Source of the DNA: a phage
Sequence record: PZ357121.2
Strand: one strand, 5' to 3'
DNA: 64,000 bases
The translations under genes were made by a program, and so were the position numbers. Position 1 is the first letter of the stretch. Every line of letters starts with the position of its first letter. Below are positions 61,578 to 64,000 of the stretch, piece after piece. The notes under the pieces were generated by a model. That model saw nothing but the letters and a program-made list of their open reading frames with translations, did not search any database and was not told the DNA's origin.

Positions 61578-62721
61578 GGTCGTTTTCTATATCTGCTGCA
61601 GACGGAGCATCAGAAGTTTTAACCGGAACTTTAGTTGTTGCTTTGCAATTAATAAGGTCGTTAACAGCGTCATCAACTTCTTTAATAGAAGAGATAGCAC
61701 CTAGTTTATATTTAGTTTCAATTGCATCTCGGAAAGGTTTGTGTTTAAACAACGGTCCCCAGAATTCTACACAATCAGTAGCTTTAGCACGCCATGATTT
61801 TTCTTCACGAATCATTTCGCCTGTTTCTTCGTCAAGGAATTCTCGAGCATACCACCCGGCTTTAGGCTTAACTACAAAACCAATTTCAGTTGCCATTTCT
61901 AACAAGCCACTGAATGGGTCAATACCACCATCGAAATTAACCGTGATTGGGAAAGTAGATTTTTCTTTAACGGTGCGAGATTTTTCTGCTTTCAACGTGA
62001 AGTCATAACCGGTCAATTCTGTACCTTCTTTAACCTGACGTTTAGAGATAAAGAATACAGTGTTAGCAGAGTAAAGAATACCTGTACCACCACCCATAAT
62101 CTCTTTAGGATACAATCCGCCGATTTCCATTGCTGTATGGTTGATTGCAACACATGGAATATCTTTAATAGTCAGATAAGGAGTCACAATGCGGAACAGA
62201 GATTTAAGTGCCTTAGCACGAGACATATCACCTACAACTTTCTCGTTCAATGCATCTTCAGTTTCTTTCTTAGATGCAGTATTACCGATTGAATCGATAA
62301 AGATAATAACTTTATCACCGCGTTCAATCGCGTCAAGCTGATTAGTCATATCAACTTTAAGTTGTTCGACAGATTGAATCGGAGTATGAACTACACGGTC
62401 TAAATCAACACCCATTGAACGAAAATAAGATTCTGAAGCACCAAATTCCGAATCATAGAACAAACAAATTGCATCTTTATATTTCTTCATATATGCTGCA
62501 ACCATGGTCAGTCCAAACAACGTTTTAAAGTGTTTAGAAGGAGCAGCAAAAATAGTTAAGCCTGATTGCAACCCAGCATTCAGTGCACCACCTAATGCAA
62601 TATTCAACATCGGAATACGAGTAGGGACTTCATCACGATTATTAAACAGCTTAGACTTAGTCAAGTCTGCAGTCATTTTAGAAGTAGAAGCTTTAATCAG
62701 ACGAGATTTTAAATCAGACAT
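61549..62721 (-). CDS. uvsX: UvsX recombinase (RecA family)
   Basis: 390 aa (T4 UvsX 391 aa), near-identical blocks (MSDLKSRLIKASTSK..., FDGGIDPFSGLL...). Confidence 0.95.
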   Translation of the reverse strand: MSDLKSRLIKASTSKMTADLTKSKLFNNRDEVPTRIPMLNIALGGALNAGLQSGLTIFAAPSKHFKTLFGLTMVAAYMKKYKDAICLFYDSEFGASESYFRSMGVDLDRVVHTPIQSVEQLKVDMTNQLDAIERGDKVIIFIDSIGNTASKKETEDALNEKVVGDMSRAKALKSLFRIVTPYLTIKDIPCVAINHTAMEIGGLYPKEIMGGGTGILYSANTVFFISKRQVKEGTELTGYDFTLKAEKSRTVKEKSTFPITVNFDGGIDPFSGLLEMATEIGFVVKPKAGWYAREFLDEETGEMIREEKSWRAKATDCVEFWGPLFKHKPFRDAIETKYKLGAISSIKEVDDAVNDLINCKATTKVPVKTSDAPSAADIENDLDEMEDFDE

Positions 62722-62820
62722 TGTATTTTTCCATAGGCATCATTATATTTTACTCATGTTTAAAAGATAAGACGATTATATACTAAGGGTTATACAGCAT
62801 TTAAAACTTTAAACAGGCTC

Positions 62821-63369
62821 TTAACGAGCCCATTTGATAATTTCTGTAATCAAATTATTACGTTCGCTTGCATTAAATCCTATAACTTTGTTAGCACCAT
62901 CATGATTAAGTAATTGATACGTTTGGATTTCGTTATGAATTGCAAACTCTTCAAAATACGAAATGACTGTATTAAACCTGAATGAAGACAAAGTAATAAG
63001 GTCGTCTTCAAAACTTTCAGTCATTTCGTTACGTGTTAAAATAATTGTGAACACATCATGGTTTTGGCAAAGACGAACATAATCCTGTTCATAAACGTCA
63101 AGAACCGAGTCCGCATCTTGTCGAATACGTCCATAAACCCAGTTACTAATATATCCACGGTCTAACAGATAAATCTTAGTAGGGTCTAAATAATTCAACA
63201 TCGTTTCGAAACAGCCAACTTCATTTCGAGACTTAACATCGAAACGTCCATCAACTGTTCGTTTAGGGAAATCAATCTTTACATATCTTTCACTAATTTC
63301 CATTATGTCATTAATGAAAGTTGTTTTACCAGCATTATCCGGGCCATCTACTAAAATAATTTTAGCCAT
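62821..63369 (-). CDS. P-loop kinase-like protein (unknown substrate)
   Basis: 182 aa with Walker A at the N-terminus (IILVDGPDNAGKTTF) and a downstream LLDRGY block reminiscent of small nucleotide/sugar kinases; sits where T4 carries beta-gt. Confidence 0.55.
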   Translation of the reverse strand: MAKIILVDGPDNAGKTTFINDIMEISERYVKIDFPKRTVDGRFDVKSRNEVGCFETMLNYLDPTKIYLLDRGYISNWVYGRIRQDADSVLDVYEQDYVRLCQNHDVFTIILTRNEMTESFEDDLITLSSFRFNTVISYFEEFAIHNEIQTYQLLNHDGANKVIGFNASERNNLITEIIKWAR

Positions 63370-63370
63370 T

Positions 63371-64000
63371 TTATTCCTCGATTACGACATCTTCATATTT
63401 AGGTATATTATACGGCGAAGAAATTAAAGCATTAAAGTAGATGAACTCGCCAAGACCTGGATGGAATACTTCTTCAGGATTTTCGAAGTATTGAATCTTC
63501 GGACGTCCTTTAAGAATTTGATAGTACTCAGTTTTAGTTGGTTTAAAAATTCGAATCAGCGCTTCTTCAGGATACTTATTTCTGTCGAAGCTATTATTTG
63601 GATCGGTTATATAAAGCGGTTGACCTAATTGAATTGCACATTCAACCACTTGTTCAAAACGATAGCACGGGTCACTAATTCGAAATGGATGAAAAATACC
63701 ATCTAGATGAATAGGAGCCAAATCACCTACAAGACGCTGCATGATGGAAGGACGTATAACTTTCTGCGTTACGATAATCTTATTACCATCTGCACCTGCG
63801 TTAACCAGCACTTCTTTTTGACGTTCATTCAACACAGTAGTTTGAAGTGAACGATTAACAGACAACATGTCGGTTTTTAAGAATTCGTCAATATAAAAAC
63901 GTGGTTTATTAGGGTCTGCAGTGATATTGAAATTGAATTCTACGTCAAAATTGCCGTCATATCCAGTGATATCTGTGATTAGAAAATCACAATCATAATA
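63371..64000 (-). CDS. partial CDS of unknown function, 5' end beyond the window
   Basis: The reading frame stays open upstream of the track ATG (63868) to the window edge, so at least 209 codons; not recognisably beta-gt or dCMP hydroxymethylase by eye. Confidence 0.45.
   Translation of the reverse strand, partial: YYDCDFLITDITGYDGNFDVEFNFNITADPNKPRFYIDEFLKTDMLSVNRSLQTTVLNERQKEVLVNAGADGNKIIVTQKVIRPSIMQRLVGDLAPIHLDGIFHPFRISDPCYRFEQVVECAIQLGQPLYITDPNNSFDRNKYPEEALIRIFKPTKTEYYQILKGRPKIQYFENPEEVFHPGLGEFIYFNALISSPYNIPKYEDVVIEE

Overview
This window is a segment of a T4-like (Tevenvirinae) myovirus genome, read with the early-gene block on the minus strand. Gene order matches phage T4 from the gene 30.x/rIII/31/cd region through pseT, rnlA, denA, nrdB, nrdA, td, frd, 32, 59, 33, dsbA and rnh, then the plus-strand late tail-fibre and lysis operon (34, 35, 36, 37, 38, t), then asiA, arn, motA, 52, ndd, rIIB, rIIA, a fused 39/60 topoisomerase gene, motB, dexA, dda, srd, mod, soc, 56, 61, sp, dmd, 41, 40 and uvsX. 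Homologue calls rest on my recollection of T4 protein sequences and synteny; no database search was run. Departures from T4 are the main interest: (1) a GT-B glycosyltransferase inserted between rIIA.1 and gene 39, plus a P-loop kinase-like gene and a partial unknown gene where T4 carries beta-gt, together suggesting a non-canonical DNA sugar-modification module; (2) an AroG-type DAHP synthase gene between cd and pseT; (3) nrdA split into two ORFs by an HNH endonuclease gene, with a second HNH gene just upstream, while td and nrdB lack introns; (4) a GIY-YIG endonuclease with a late promoter; (5) tandem motB-like paralogues; (6) repeated hairpin-containing early-promoter cassettes and a family of GNRA-type (CGAA/UUCG loop) terminator hairpins; (7) several small genes missed by the ORF track (a basic 59-aa protein, a zinc-ribbon protein, two pairs of tiny hydrophobic peptides) and one ORF interrupted by an in-frame stop. 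Several track ORFs appear to begin at GTG/TTG, so true starts are probably internal ATGs with a GAGG-type ribosome-binding site; I note these where I checked them.
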